Shown piece by piece: positions 28,010-39,300 of a stretch of 64,000 bases of DNA. A program made the translations under genes and the position numbers. Each line of letters opens with the position of its first letter. Position 1 is the first letter of the stretch. This DNA comes from an uncultured Dehalococcoidia bacterium (GTDB lineage: Bacteria > Chloroflexota > Dehalococcoidia > Lucifugimonadales > UBA3495): contig CATMOE010000011.1 in NCBI GenBank assembly GCA_950072105.1, positions 1 through 64,000 of the forward strand, given 5' to 3'. Under the pieces are notes generated by a model, which saw only the letters and a program-made list of their open reading frames with translations, did no database searches and was not told the origin of the DNA.

Positions 28010-29236
28010 CTACGTTCCGATGATGCCGGTGGCCGCGGCGATTTCCCCATCGGATAAACCCAACTTCTCACCCAGAATATCTGCATTGTGCTGGCCGAGG
28101 GTGGGCGCCCAACGCCGCACGTCCATGGGTGTCTCCGTCAACCGGGCGAACAGTCCGGGCGCAGGAATTTCGCGCCCATCTGGCAACGGAGCTTGCAGCC
28201 AAAATCCTCGCTCCTCAAGCTGGCGGAAACGGGTCAAGTCCGCCGTCGTGCTCACCGGGGCGATGGTAAAGCCCTCTCGCAGGCCTCGTTCCATCAACTC
28301 CCTTTTGCTGTAACGCCGAACGTACCGCCGGGTGGCTTGCACTGTCTCTTCTAAGGGGTAAGTCACCGGCATACCTTGCAACAAGCACCTTCCGTAGGCC
28401 AGCCAATCCTCACCTTCGATCCACTCCTCTGGAACTATCCCATCTTCTACTAACCAGTGCACTAACGTTCCTATGGCAGCGGCGTACAGGCCGAATACAA
28501 CATAGCCGTCGGCGCATTCGAAGACCAAGGGCATTATCACTGTGCCTAGCTGAAGGTTCGAGCCGCCCCGGTTGATGTCGAACCCCTGTATGGCGTGGGC
28601 GGCCATGCCGTGGAGCATGGTCCACACCATGGCGGTTTGGGCGGATACGTCGACGAATTGGGCCTCACCGGTTCGCACCATAAGGGCGTGGGCGGTCATC
28701 GCGCCAACAGCCGCCTCGGCCGAGGTTTGAAGCCAGACTTGTGGAACGGTGATGCGCACCGGCGGCCTGTTGGGGTCGCCCTGCAGGCTCATCGGTCCGC
28801 CCATGGCCGCCAGGGTAAGATCGTTAGCCGCGAAGCCGGAGTAGGGTCCGTCCTGTCCGTAGGCGGTGATCGCGACATAGACCAGGCGGGGATTGCGCTT
28901 CCGTAACTCGTCGAAACCCAAACCAAGGGAAGCCATTTCCCCCGGCTCGGCCGATTCGATGACGAAGTCAGCTTTTTCCACCAGGGTCAGCAGGGCCCGG
29001 CGGCCGGGTTCGGCCTGAAGGTCCAACGTGATTCCACGTTTGTTGCGGTTATAAGAGAAAAAATTCAGGCTTTGCTCCGGCTTGGGAGCGTCTTCCAGAA
29101 AGGGAGCGAGCCGGCGGCTGGGAGAGCCCTTAGGCGGTTCAACTTTGATCACGTCGGCGCCCATGTCGCCAAGCATCATGGCGGTCAACTCGCCCCGGTG
29201 GTCAGTCAGGTCCAGCACGGTATAAGGACTGAGCAT
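28010..29236 (-). CDS. CaiB/BaiF family III CoA-transferase (partner subunit)
   Basis: ATG after GGAGG; VLDLT, GADVIKVEPP, NRNKRGITLDL, YGQDGPY, APTLGQHN. Confidence 0.9.
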   Translation of the reverse strand: MLSPYTVLDLTDHRGELTAMMLGDMGADVIKVEPPKGSPSRRLAPFLEDAPKPEQSLNFFSYNRNKRGITLDLQAEPGRRALLTLVEKADFVIESAEPGEMASLGLGFDELRKRNPRLVYVAITAYGQDGPYSGFAANDLTLAAMGGPMSLQGDPNRPPVRITVPQVWLQTSAEAAVGAMTAHALMVRTGEAQFVDVSAQTAMVWTMLHGMAAHAIQGFDINRGGSNLQLGTVIMPLVFECADGYVVFGLYAAAIGTLVHWLVEDGIVPEEWIEGEDWLAYGRCLLQGMPVTYPLEETVQATRRYVRRYSKRELMERGLREGFTIAPVSTTADLTRFRQLEERGFWLQAPLPDGREIPAPGLFARLTETPMDVRRWAPTLGQHNADILGEKLGLSDGEIAAATGIIGT

Positions 29237-29380
29237 ATTTGGCCCTCCTGAAGGAGTGGCGGAATTATAGCACGGTATTTCCGCCTTGCGGTTTCTCAAA
29301 TTACCGGGGTATGATGGTGTTTGTACAGGCAATGTTTTCCAAGTCCCGGCGCGGCCCAAATCCGGCGGAACGAGGTTAAA

Positions 29381-31411
29381 ATGCTCTTCCGTAACTACCT
29401 CTACTCCCAGTGGGACGGCACTCAGCGCATCTTCGAATTAGATGCTGAAGAGCTGATGGACCGGCTCTCCGATGAAATCATGAACCAAGGCGATGTCATG
29501 CGCGCCTTGAGGGAGATGCTGCGTCAGGGTTTCCAAGACCGGGACGGTCAGCAGATTCCCGGCCTCAGGGACATCATGGAGCAACTGAAGAACCGCCGCC
29601 GCCAGCAGATGCAACAGTACAACATGGACTCGGTGGTAGACGATCTCAAGGAACGCCTGGAAGACATTCTCCGCACGGAAAGAGAAGGCATCCAACGCCG
29701 CTTGGATCAGGCTCGGGAACAGGTAGATGCCACCCCCGAAGACGAGCGGTCCGAACAAGAAAGCCTATACAAGCTGTTGGAGCAACGGGCGCGGCGCAAC
29801 CAGGAGAAACTTGACCAATTACCGGATGGGATCGGCGGGCAGGTCCAAGAACTCATGGAATACGACTTCATGGACCCGGAAGCCCAGCAGAAATTTCAAG
29901 AGCTTCTGGACATGCTCAAGAGCCAGATGGCTCAAAACGTGTCCCAACAGATGCGTGACCAGATCCAGGGTATGACCCCGGACCAGATGGCGGCGATGCA
30001 AGAGATGATGCGCCAACTCAATCAGATGATGAAGGACAAGCTGGAGGGTCTGGAACCCGACTTCCAGGGCTTTATGGACCAATTCGGCTCCGCCTTCGGC
30101 CCCAACCCGCCCCAGTCCTTCGACGAACTCATGGAGATGCTGCAACAGCAGCTTGGGCAGATGCAATCCATGATGGACAGCATGTCCCCGGAAATGCGCC
30201 AGGAGATGGAAGACGCACTGATGTCGGCCCTGGACCCTGAGACACGGCAACAGATGTCCCAGTTCGCGTCGCTCATGGAGCAACTGATGCCCATGGACGA
30301 ATTGCGGCGCCAATACCCCTTCCTGGGCGACGACAGCCTAACCATGGAACAGGCCATGGAGATGATGGCGAATCTCCAGGATTTGGACCAACTAGAACAA
30401 CAGCTACAAGAGGCCATGCGCACCGGGCAGTTGGGCGACTTGGACCCGGATAAGCTGGCCGAGTTGCTGGGAGAAGAGGCCCGCAAGGCATGGGAAGAAC
30501 TGGACCGCCTGCGCAAGATGTTGCAGGAAGCGGGTTACGTCACCGCTGACGACAAGATGGACCTAACGGCTCGCGGCATCCGTCGTATCGGCCAGAAGGC
30601 CCTGAAGGAAGTTTTCGCCAACTTGAAGAAGGACCGGTTGGGCGATCACCGAATGGATGTTCGAGGCGCCAACGGCGATCGTTTGGGCGAGACAAAGATC
30701 TACGAGTTTGGTGACCCCTTCGACGTGGACCTGCAGACCACGGTGAAGAACGCGGTCCTCCGGGGCGGTCCAGGATTACCGGTCCAGTTGACCCCCCAGG
30801 ACTTTGAGATCTACCGCAGCGAGCACATGACTCGGTCATCCACTGCGGTCCTGCTGGACCAAAGCCGGTCCATGGGCCTATTCAACAACTTCCAAGCGGC
30901 CAAAAAGGTAACCCTGGCCCTGATGTCTCTCATTCGAACCCAATACCCCCGTGACTCCCTATTTATCATCGGCTTTTCTGACTACGCCCGGGAGATCAAA
31001 GAGGAAGACCTGGCCAAATCCAGTTGGAATGCTTGGGTTTCCGGGACGAATCTGCACCATGCCTTGATGCTGGCCCGCAAGCTGCTAAACCAGGAAAAAG
31101 GAAGCACCCGCCAGATCTTGCTGATCACCGATGGCGAGCCCACGGCCCACCTGGAAGGGGACCGGGCTTATTTCAGCTATCCTCCCAGCTTCCGCACCGA
31201 GCAGGAAACGCTGAAGGAAGTCAAGCGTTGCACTCAGGAAGACATCCTGATCAACACGTTCATGTTGGAGAACTCATACCAACTTGTGAACTTTGTTGAC
31301 CGTTTGACCAGGATCAACCGGGGCCGGGCTTTCTACTCCAGCTCCGGCAATCTGGGCGAATACGTTCTGGTAGACTATGTACAGAACCGCCGGAAAAAAG
31401 TTATGGCGTAG
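29381..31411 (+). CDS. VWA domain-containing protein with Gln/Met-rich helical N-terminal region
   Basis: YSQWDGTQ start; MIDAS elements LLDQSRSM, GTNLHHAL, LITDGEPTAH. Confidence 0.9.
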   Translation: MLFRNYLYSQWDGTQRIFELDAEELMDRLSDEIMNQGDVMRALREMLRQGFQDRDGQQIPGLRDIMEQLKNRRRQQMQQYNMDSVVDDLKERLEDILRTEREGIQRRLDQAREQVDATPEDERSEQESLYKLLEQRARRNQEKLDQLPDGIGGQVQELMEYDFMDPEAQQKFQELLDMLKSQMAQNVSQQMRDQIQGMTPDQMAAMQEMMRQLNQMMKDKLEGLEPDFQGFMDQFGSAFGPNPPQSFDELMEMLQQQLGQMQSMMDSMSPEMRQEMEDALMSALDPETRQQMSQFASLMEQLMPMDELRRQYPFLGDDSLTMEQAMEMMANLQDLDQLEQQLQEAMRTGQLGDLDPDKLAELLGEEARKAWEELDRLRKMLQEAGYVTADDKMDLTARGIRRIGQKALKEVFANLKKDRLGDHRMDVRGANGDRLGETKIYEFGDPFDVDLQTTVKNAVLRGGPGLPVQLTPQDFEIYRSEHMTRSSTAVLLDQSRSMGLFNNFQAAKKVTLALMSLIRTQYPRDSLFIIGFSDYAREIKEEDLAKSSWNAWVSGTNLHHALMLARKLLNQEKGSTRQILLITDGEPTAHLEGDRAYFSYPPSFRTEQETLKEVKRCTQEDILINTFMLENSYQLVNFVDRLTRINRGRAFYSSSGNLGEYVLVDYVQNRRKKVMA

Positions 31412-31504
31412 GGGATTCCCGCACGCCTGAGAGTGTGTTAACATAATCTAAATTAAATCGATAGAACCGGGTCGTAAGGCTGTCCTTGATCGGGATGGCC
31501 GAGC

Positions 31505-31535
31505 TTTTAAGACAGTCCCGTGAGGCTGGCAAAGT
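31505..31535 (+). promoter_or_regulatory. PyrR-binding RNA element in the pyr leader
   Basis: TTTAAGACAGTCCCGTGAGGCTGGCAAAG matches the AGUCCNGNGAGGCU PyrR loop consensus, upstream of pyrR. Confidence 0.85.
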
Positions 31536-31589
31536 TTAGCGCCCTTTCCACTCCAACTCGCCATCAAAGGCGGGCTGGATGCGCATAAA

Positions 31590-31621
31590 CCCCTTGCCAA
31601 CTGATGGGCAAGGGGATTTTT
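31590..31621 (+). terminator. Attenuator terminator of the pyr leader
   Basis: CCCCTTGCC-N8-GGCAAGGGG-ATTTTT between the PyrR site and the pyrR start. Confidence 0.8.
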
Positions 31622-31731
31622 GTTGCGTGGGTCGATCGAGCCTACGTTACATAACGGCAGAGCTAGGCTCAAGAGACCAATCGTAGGCTCGGATTTTCGT
31701 CGAATTTGGCAATGTCGTCACGTAGGAGCTT

Positions 31732-32268
31732 ATGGCTGATCGGCAGATAATGAATGACCAGGACATCAGGCGGGCTTTAGCCCGGGTGGCCCACGAAATT
31801 CTGGAAAGAAACCGTGGGGTTGAGGATCTGGTCATCGTGGGGATCCATACCCGCGGCGTCCACCTGGCCCAGCGGTTGGCGAGCAATCTCTCGGAATTTG
31901 AAGGAAGTGAGGTGCCGGTGGCGGATCTGGACATTAATCTATACCGCGACGACGTGAAATCCAGGATGAGCCCCCGGATTCGCCCCACCAGGATGCCCGT
32001 TGATATCCAGGGCAAAAAGGTAGTGCTGGTAGACGACGTGCTTTTCACCGGACGCACTGTCCGCGCCGCGATGGACGCGCTCAACGACTTCGGCCGTCCC
32101 CAGCAGGTGCAGCTTGCTATCCTGTTGGACCGGGGCCACCGGGAGTTGCCCATACGCGCCGATTACGTAGGCCAGAACGTTCCCACGGCGCCGGATGAAG
32201 TAGTCCGGGTCAGACTGGTCGAGACCGATGGGATCGACGAGGTAGCTATCGTTCGGGTGGAGGAATAG
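31732..32268 (+). CDS. pyrR: Pyrimidine attenuation regulator/UPRTase
   Basis: [44 protein letters not shown]. Confidence 0.97.
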   Translation: MADRQIMNDQDIRRALARVAHEILERNRGVEDLVIVGIHTRGVHLAQRLASNLSEFEGSEVPVADLDINLYRDDVKSRMSPRIRPTRMPVDIQGKKVVLVDDVLFTGRTVRAAMDALNDFGRPQQVQLAILLDRGHRELPIRADYVGQNVPTAPDEVVRVRLVETDGIDEVAIVRVEE

Positions 32269-32274
32269 GCAGAC

Positions 32275-33291
32275 ATGAGCCTCTTGAACGCCATCGAAAC
32301 CGAGACACAACCTCAGATCGAGGCAGTCGTCGCGCGCAAGCGCCGGCGTCACGTGCTGGACTTGGACGATTTCTCCCAACAAGAGATCCTCGAAGTCCTG
32401 GAGTCGGCTGAGGGCATGTCGGAGGTCCTACATCGGGACATAAAAAAGGTACCGGCCCTGCGTGGACGGGTCGTCGTTACCCTGTTCTATGAAGCCAGCA
32501 CCCGCACCCGTATCTCCTTCGAAGAGGCAGGAAAGATCCTCAGCGCTGATGTTATCAACATGTCCGCGAGCGGCAGCAGTACTGAGAAGGGCGAGTCTTT
32601 GCTCAATACCGGCCTGACCATCCAGGCGATGGGAGTCGACATAATCGTCATCCGGCACCCCCACTCGGGAGCGCCATACCTGCTGGCCCAGCACCTGGAC
32701 CGCGTTGGAATAATCAACGCGGGGGACGGCATTCACGCCCATCCCACCCAGGCTCTCTTGGACCTGTATACGGTTCGGGAGAAACTCGGGCGGCTGGAAG
32801 GACTTAAAGTCGTCATCGTCGGCGACGTTCTGCACAGCAGAGTGGCCCGCTCCAACATCTGGGGATTCACCAAGATGGGAGCACAGGTGGTCCTTTGCGG
32901 ACCAAGCACCCTGTTGCCCTTGGACATGCTCCGGCCCCGCGTCGATGACGACGAAAATGACCCGTTGGCATCGGTTCAGGTCGAAACTAACCTGGACCGG
33001 GCCCTGGAGGGCGCCGACGTGGTAATGGCGCTGAGACTGCAAGCAGAACGTCAGAACGGCGGATTCTTGCCCAGTATGAGGGAGTACATCCGCCGTTGGC
33101 AGGTTACCGAGGCCCGGTTAAGCCGAGCCAATCCAGATGCATTGGTTATGCACCCCGGCCCAATGAACGAGGGGATAGAGATCAGCTCCACCCTGGCCCA
33201 CGGCGGCAGGTCTGTCATTGAGCAGCAGGTAACCAACGGAGTGGCCATCCGCATGGCCCTTCTGTACCACCTGTCTGCCGGTGGTGAATAG
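32275..33291 (+). CDS. pyrB: Aspartate carbamoyltransferase catalytic subunit
   Basis: FYEASTRTRISFE, HAHPTQALLD, HSRVARSN, MHPGPMN. Confidence 0.97.
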   Translation: MSLLNAIETETQPQIEAVVARKRRRHVLDLDDFSQQEILEVLESAEGMSEVLHRDIKKVPALRGRVVVTLFYEASTRTRISFEEAGKILSADVINMSASGSSTEKGESLLNTGLTIQAMGVDIIVIRHPHSGAPYLLAQHLDRVGIINAGDGIHAHPTQALLDLYTVREKLGRLEGLKVVIVGDVLHSRVARSNIWGFTKMGAQVVLCGPSTLLPLDMLRPRVDDDENDPLASVQVETNLDRALEGADVVMALRLQAERQNGGFLPSMREYIRRWQVTEARLSRANPDALVMHPGPMNEGIEISSTLAHGGRSVIEQQVTNGVAIRMALLYHLSAGGE

Positions 33292-34650
33292 GTGTTCGGA
33301 TTGATTTCTGACACGATATTGATAAAAGGCCCGCGCATCATCGACCCCGGCCGAGGGGTGGACGAGGTGGGAGACATCTTGGTCCGGGACGGCGTTATCC
33401 TGGCATCGGGCACTGTCTCTACCGACGACATTCCTGAGGGATGCAGCGTTGTCGAGGCCGGTGGGCTGGTGGCCAGTCCGGGCTTTATCGACATCCACTG
33501 CCACCTGAGGGAGCCGGGCTACGAGTACAAAGAAACCATCGCCGCCGGGACCAGGGCCGCGGCCCGGGGCGGCTTCACCAGCATCTGCTGTATGCCCAAC
33601 ACCGACCCGCCCATAGACAACTCCGCCATGGTTGAATTTATCCAGCAGCGGGCCAGGGCCGAAGGCATAGTCCGGGTCTTTCCCATCGGTTGCGTCACCA
33701 AAGGCCGCAAAGGGAAAGAGTTATCCGAGATGGAAGAATTGGCCGTGGCCGGCGTCGTGGCTTTCAGTGACGACGGCGACCCGGTGGAAGACCCCAACTT
33801 GATGCGCCTGGCCCTGAGCTACAGCTCCGACCTAGGACTCCCTGTCACCAACCATTGCCAGGACCTGTCATTGTCACGAAACGGGGTGATGGCCGAGGGA
33901 AGGGTGGCTACCCGACTGGGCCTTCCAGGCATCCCATCCGCTGTCGAAGAAGCCATGATGGCCCGGGACATTGCCCTGGCCGAACTAACCGGGGGCCGTA
34001 TACACCTGGCCCACCTCAGCACCGCCGGCAGCGTGCCGCTGGTAAGGCAGGCCCGGGAACGGGGCATTCCGGTTACGGCTGAAGTTTGCCCCCACCACCT
34101 GACCATCACCGACGAATGGGTATTGGGCGGGCAGGCCTCCGGGACCGGGACGGGCGCATCTTTCGCCTACGACACCTTGACCAAAGTCTACCCGCCCTTG
34201 CGCGGTCAACAAGACGTAGACGCTCTGGTGCAGGGCCTAGCCGATGGGGTGATCGACTGTATCGCCACCGACCATGCCCCCCACGAGCTGATCAGCAAAT
34301 TGGTCACCTACGAGGACGCTCCTTCAGGCATCAGTGTCTTGGAAACTGCCTTGGGCTCGGCCTTGCAACTGGTCCACGGGGGCCACATGAGCCTGATCGC
34401 TCTCGTGGAGCGGATGACCGTGGGTCCTGCTCGTGTTTTGGGCGCTTCCTTCGACCATTTGTCTACGCTGGCGCCCGGAACCACGGCCGACATAGTGATC
34501 TTTGATCCCGACTTGGAGTGGGTGGTGGACCCCAACGAATTCCAATCCATGGGTAAGAACACCCCGCTGCGCGGCACAACGCTGAAGGGTCAGGTCGTGG
34601 CCACCATAGTGCAGGGCCGGTTCGTTTATCAGGATGGCGCCGTTGTTTAA
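33292..34650 (+). CDS. pyrC: Dihydroorotase
   Basis: DIHCHLREPG, MPNT, EVCPHHL, ATDHAPH, GKNTP. Confidence 0.95.
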   Translation: MFGLISDTILIKGPRIIDPGRGVDEVGDILVRDGVILASGTVSTDDIPEGCSVVEAGGLVASPGFIDIHCHLREPGYEYKETIAAGTRAAARGGFTSICCMPNTDPPIDNSAMVEFIQQRARAEGIVRVFPIGCVTKGRKGKELSEMEELAVAGVVAFSDDGDPVEDPNLMRLALSYSSDLGLPVTNHCQDLSLSRNGVMAEGRVATRLGLPGIPSAVEEAMMARDIALAELTGGRIHLAHLSTAGSVPLVRQARERGIPVTAEVCPHHLTITDEWVLGGQASGTGTGASFAYDTLTKVYPPLRGQQDVDALVQGLADGVIDCIATDHAPHELISKLVTYEDAPSGISVLETALGSALQLVHGGHMSLIALVERMTVGPARVLGASFDHLSTLAPGTTADIVIFDPDLEWVVDPNEFQSMGKNTPLRGTTLKGQVVATIVQGRFVYQDGAVV

Positions 34651-35737
34651 GCAAGCGCATCTGGTGCTGGAAGACGGCTCGATCCACCGGGGAGAGGCCT
34701 TTGGGGCGGAGTCCGGCGGAGATGGCGAAGTGGTGTTCAACACCAGCATGACCGGTTATCAAGAAGTCCTTACCGACCCGTCATACGCCGGACAGTTGGT
34801 GACGCTGACTTATCCTCTGGTGGGCAATTACGGCATCAACCGGGAGGACTTCGAGTCGCGCCGGATCCAAGTGTCCGGATTGATAGTCCGGGAGCACTGC
34901 GATAAGCCCAGCCATTCCCAAGCGGATGAGACTCTTCACGAATTTCTCAAGTCCCAGGATATACCCGGCATCAGCGGGGTGGACACCAGGGCCATAACCC
35001 GGCGGCTTCGCGATCGCGGCGTGATGTCGGGTATCATCACCACGGAATCCCCCGCGTTGGCGCTGGAAAGCTTGGCCGAATCCACCCGTTACGACGATGT
35101 CGACTTCGTTCGCACGGTTACCACCGATCACGACTACGTATGGGACGAACCTCCGTTGGAGCCTGGCGCGCCTGAACACCGGATATTGGTTGCCGATTGC
35201 GGACTGAAATACAACATTCTGCGCCTGCTGCGCCAGCGAGGTTGTCAGGTTATCGCCGTGCCGGCCACAATGGCCGCCGAAGAGATGCTGGCCATGAAGC
35301 CTTCCGGTATCCTTCTTTCGCCGGGTCCGGGAGACCCCCAGTTGCTGGACTATCTGGTGACCAACGTGGAGAAGTTGATAGGTAGGGTACCCATGATGGG
35401 TATCTGCCTGGGACATCAGATTCTAGCCCGAGCCATGGGCGCCCAGACCTTTAAGCTTAAGTTCGGCCATCGAGGCAGCAACCATCCGGTGAAGGACCTC
35501 GCCGACGGCCGGGTTTACATAACCGCGCAGAACCATGGGTATGCCGTAAGCAAGGACTCTCTGCCGCCGGAATTGGAGATTTCTCACATAAACTTGAACG
35601 ACGATACCATCGAGGGGCTGAGGCACCGGGACCTACCGGTCTTTACCATTCAGTACCACTCGGAAGGTTCGCCGGGGCCCCACGATAACGAATACCTGTT
35701 CGATCATTTTCTCAAGTTGGTTCAAGGGGCCGGTTAG
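34634..35737 (+). CDS. carA: Carbamoyl-phosphate synthase small subunit
   Basis: GEVVFNTSMTGYQE, SPGPGDP, GICLGHQ, QYHSEGSPGP. Confidence 0.97.
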   Translation: MAPLFKQAHLVLEDGSIHRGEAFGAESGGDGEVVFNTSMTGYQEVLTDPSYAGQLVTLTYPLVGNYGINREDFESRRIQVSGLIVREHCDKPSHSQADETLHEFLKSQDIPGISGVDTRAITRRLRDRGVMSGIITTESPALALESLAESTRYDDVDFVRTVTTDHDYVWDEPPLEPGAPEHRILVADCGLKYNILRLLRQRGCQVIAVPATMAAEEMLAMKPSGILLSPGPGDPQLLDYLVTNVEKLIGRVPMMGICLGHQILARAMGAQTFKLKFGHRGSNHPVKDLADGRVYITAQNHGYAVSKDSLPPELEISHINLNDDTIEGLRHRDLPVFTIQYHSEGSPGPHDNEYLFDHFLKLVQGAG

Positions 35738-35859
35738 TTGCTTTACCAAATCTACACCAAGGAGGATCGCCTATATAGTCTATAACCCGGAAGATCTACT
35801 AAATACGCCAGGTCCGTTAAACCTTGCACGGCCTATAGGAATATTTTGGAGGTAACCAA

Positions 35860-36276
35860 ATGTCTTCATTCTCCTTGGTGTTGGTGGAAGAGGGTGTGGA
35901 GGTGGAGATCCCTGGCGACTTGACGAGCGTTGTATCGCTCTTGGATGAAGAGGTACCCTGGTTTTCACACGCCGGACACGAATATCAGCTCACTCCAGGC
36001 CGGACGGAGCTGGGAGTCCGGTGGGACTTATCTATCAAACTTATCAATTCGGTCCACCGGGACCGGGACCGGCCCACGGTGGGCCACATCGAGCTGGAGG
36101 CTCAAGACCCAGGGGAGGTTGTCTTCCGGATCCCGCCGCGGAACCGGGAGAACTTCGCCGAATACTCGGAGTTTGACCCGGCCGGAAATTTCTTGGGATC
36201 ATTTATCTTTCAAACATTAAACATGCTCCAAAAAAAGGAGCTAATCACATTGCCGGGCCCCCTTCCGACGTCTTAG
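35860..36276 (+). CDS. Hypothetical protein
   Basis: 138-aa ORF with a strong GGAGGT SD, filling the carA-carB gap; no recognisable motif. Confidence 0.65.
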   Translation: MSSFSLVLVEEGVEVEIPGDLTSVVSLLDEEVPWFSHAGHEYQLTPGRTELGVRWDLSIKLINSVHRDRDRPTVGHIELEAQDPGEVVFRIPPRNRENFAEYSEFDPAGNFLGSFIFQTLNMLQKKELITLPGPLPTS

Positions 36277-36346
36277 GCATTCAGAATCAATAAAACCGGT
36301 CCGCTGGCGCGTCGGCGGTTAGTGGCGGTTAAAGGGAGCAAAAGGG

Positions 36347-39300
36347 ATTAGCAACTCGGGAAAACCGGGAAAGGTACTGGTCATCGGCTCCGGGCCTATC
36401 GTTATCGGCCAGGCAGCCGAGTTTGACTATGCGGGCACACAAGCCTGCAAAGCTCTCCGTGAGGAGGGCGTCACAACGGTACTCGTTAATTCCAACCCGG
36501 CAACCATCATGACCGACGACGCGACGGCGGACCACGTCTACATAGAACCCCTGACCGTCGACGTCCTAGACCGCATCATCGAGCGGGAGAGGCCCGACGG
36601 CATCCTGCCAACTTTAGGCGGCCAAACCGGCTTGAACCTGGCCGTGGCCTTGGCTGACGCCGGCGTGCTGGATAAGTACAACGTCCGTCTGCTGGGCACT
36701 CCTCTTGATACCATCCGCCGATGCGAAGACCGGGAGTTGTTCCGGGATTTCCTGCGCGACGTAGGCGAGCCGGAACCACGGGGCGAGATCGCGTCAACCA
36801 TGGAAGAGGCTCGAATCATCGGCAGATCAGTGGGTCTACCCTTGGTGGTGCGGCCCGCCTACACCCTGGGAGGCAGCGGCGGCGGCTTCGCCAACACTTG
36901 GGAAGAGTTCGAAGCCATCGTCGAAAGCGGTCTTTCCACCAGCCCCATCTCCCAGATCCTCCTGGAGCGGTCCCTGGCCGGTTGGAAAGAGATAGAGTAC
37001 GAAGTCATGCGCGACGGCGCGGACAACTGCATCACCATCTGTAACATGGAAAACATCGACCCCATGGGCGTCCACACCGGTGACAGCATCGTCGTCGCCC
37101 CTAGCCAAACCCTAACCGATAAAGACTACCAGATGCTCAGGAGCGCCAGCCTCAAGATCATTCGCGGACTGGGTATCGAGGGTGGCTGCAACGTCCAGTT
37201 TGCTCTGCAGCCCCATAAGCGAGTTGCCCAGGCTATCGGGCTGGAACCCGAGACCGACTCACCCTACTACGTGATTGAAGTCAATCCCCGGGTCAGCCGC
37301 AGCTCGGCCCTGGCCAGCAAGGCCACCGGCTACCCCATCGCCCGCGTCGCCGCCAAGATCGCCGTGGGAAAGCGGCTTGACGAGATTCCCAACGCGGTCA
37401 CCGATAAAACCAAAGCCGCATTCGAGCCGGCGTTAGACTACTGTGTGATAAAGATACCCCGCTGGCCTTTCGACAAGTTCCCCAGCGGCGACCGTAGTGT
37501 TACCACCCAGATGAAAGCCACGGGGGAGGTAATGGTCATCGACCGGTCCTTCGAGGCCGCGTTGCAAAAGGCGGCGCGGTCTTTGGAGCTGGGCGGACGC
37601 ACTCTATTATGGGAAGATCCGGCGTGGCGCGAAGGCGGGGCGTTTTCCCTGGACCGCCTGCCTCTGGAACCCAACGACCTCCGGCTCTGGGCAATCATGG
37701 CGGCCATTCGCCGGGATGTGGACTCTACTGCGCTGCTGGAACGTACCTATATCGACCCCTGGTTCATCAGCGCGTTAACGCGGATCGTCGCCATGGAGCG
37801 CCGCTTGCTGTCCGAGCCATTGTCTCCGGACCTGTTGTGGCGCGCTAAGCGGTTGGGTTTTTGCGACGAGCAATTGGGGACGCTGGCCGACATGCTGCCG
37901 GAGCAGGTGCGGAATCTCCGGCTCCAGTGGGACATCCGGCCCGTTTACAAGACGGTGGATACCTGCGCCGCCGAATTCGAGGCCGTAACGCCTTATTACT
38001 ACAGCACCTACGACCAAGAGAACGAAGCCGAGCCTTTGCCAGGACCGAAAGCCATCGTGATAGGCAGCGGGCCCATCAGGATCGGGCAGGGGATCGAGTT
38101 CGACTATTGCAGCGTCCATGCCGCCCGGGCCCTTTCCCAGAGCGGTGTCCGCAGCATAATGATCAACTCCAACCCTGAAACCGTGTCAACGGACTTCGAC
38201 TCTAGCGACCGCCTCTACTTTGAGCCGTTGGACGAGGAAGCCGTTCGGGACATCATCGACAACGAGACGGTGGACGACCAACCTCCGCCATCGGTGGTGC
38301 AATTCGGCGGCCAGACGGCCATCAACCTGTCGCAAGTCCTGTCCGCGGCCGGTCTTCCAATCCTGGGCTCCAGCGCGGAAGCCATCGACACCGCTTCGGA
38401 CCGGTACAAGTTCGAGGAGTTCCTGTCCCGGCTGGGAATACCCCAGCCACCGGGCGCGGCGGTGACCTCGGTAAGCGAGGCCCTCCAGGTCGCCCAAAAC
38501 ATCGGATATCCGGCGGTGGTGCGCCCCAGCTACGTGTTGGGCGGCCGGGCCATGGAGATCGTGCAGAACGCCTCGGAACTGATCCGTTACATGACCGCCG
38601 CGGTTCAACTGGCCCCGGAGCAACCCGTGCTTATCGACCGGTACATGGAAGGTAAAGAGTGCGAGGTGGACGCCATCTGCGACGGGGAGCAGGTCTTGAT
38701 TCCCGGAGTTATGGAGCACATAGAACGCGCCGGTGTCCACAGCGGCGACTCGATGGCCATGTACCCCGCTCTGAACCTGACCGAAGAAGAAGTATCCACG
38801 ATCGTGGACTACACAACTCGCATCGGCCTGTCGTTGGGAATACGCGGCCTGATGAACATACAATTCGTTATTCTCGGTGGACCGCCTTATCGAAGCCCTC
38901 ACTTGCCGGTGGAAGCCGCCGCCCCTACTTCGGTGTACGTGCTGGAAGTAAATCCCAGGGGAAGCCGGACTATTCCGTTCATCTCCAAGGTCACCGGCGT
39001 GCCCGTAGCCACCATCGCCACCCGAGTGATGCTTGGCGAATCCCTGGCCTCCCAAGGGTACAAAGGCGGTCTGTGGCCCAGGCAAAACCTTGTTGGGATA
39101 AAAGCTCCGGTGTTCTCCATGGGCAAACTGGTGGGCGTGGACTGGCATCTAAGCCCGGAAATGAAATCGACCGGAGAAGTGATGGGCGTGGACCGGGACT
39201 TCGCCGGCGCGTTAACAAAGGCCCTGTTGGCGGCCAACTTAAATTTGACCAAGAAAATGGGAGTGCTACTCAGCATCGCCGACCAAAATAAGGCCGAAGC

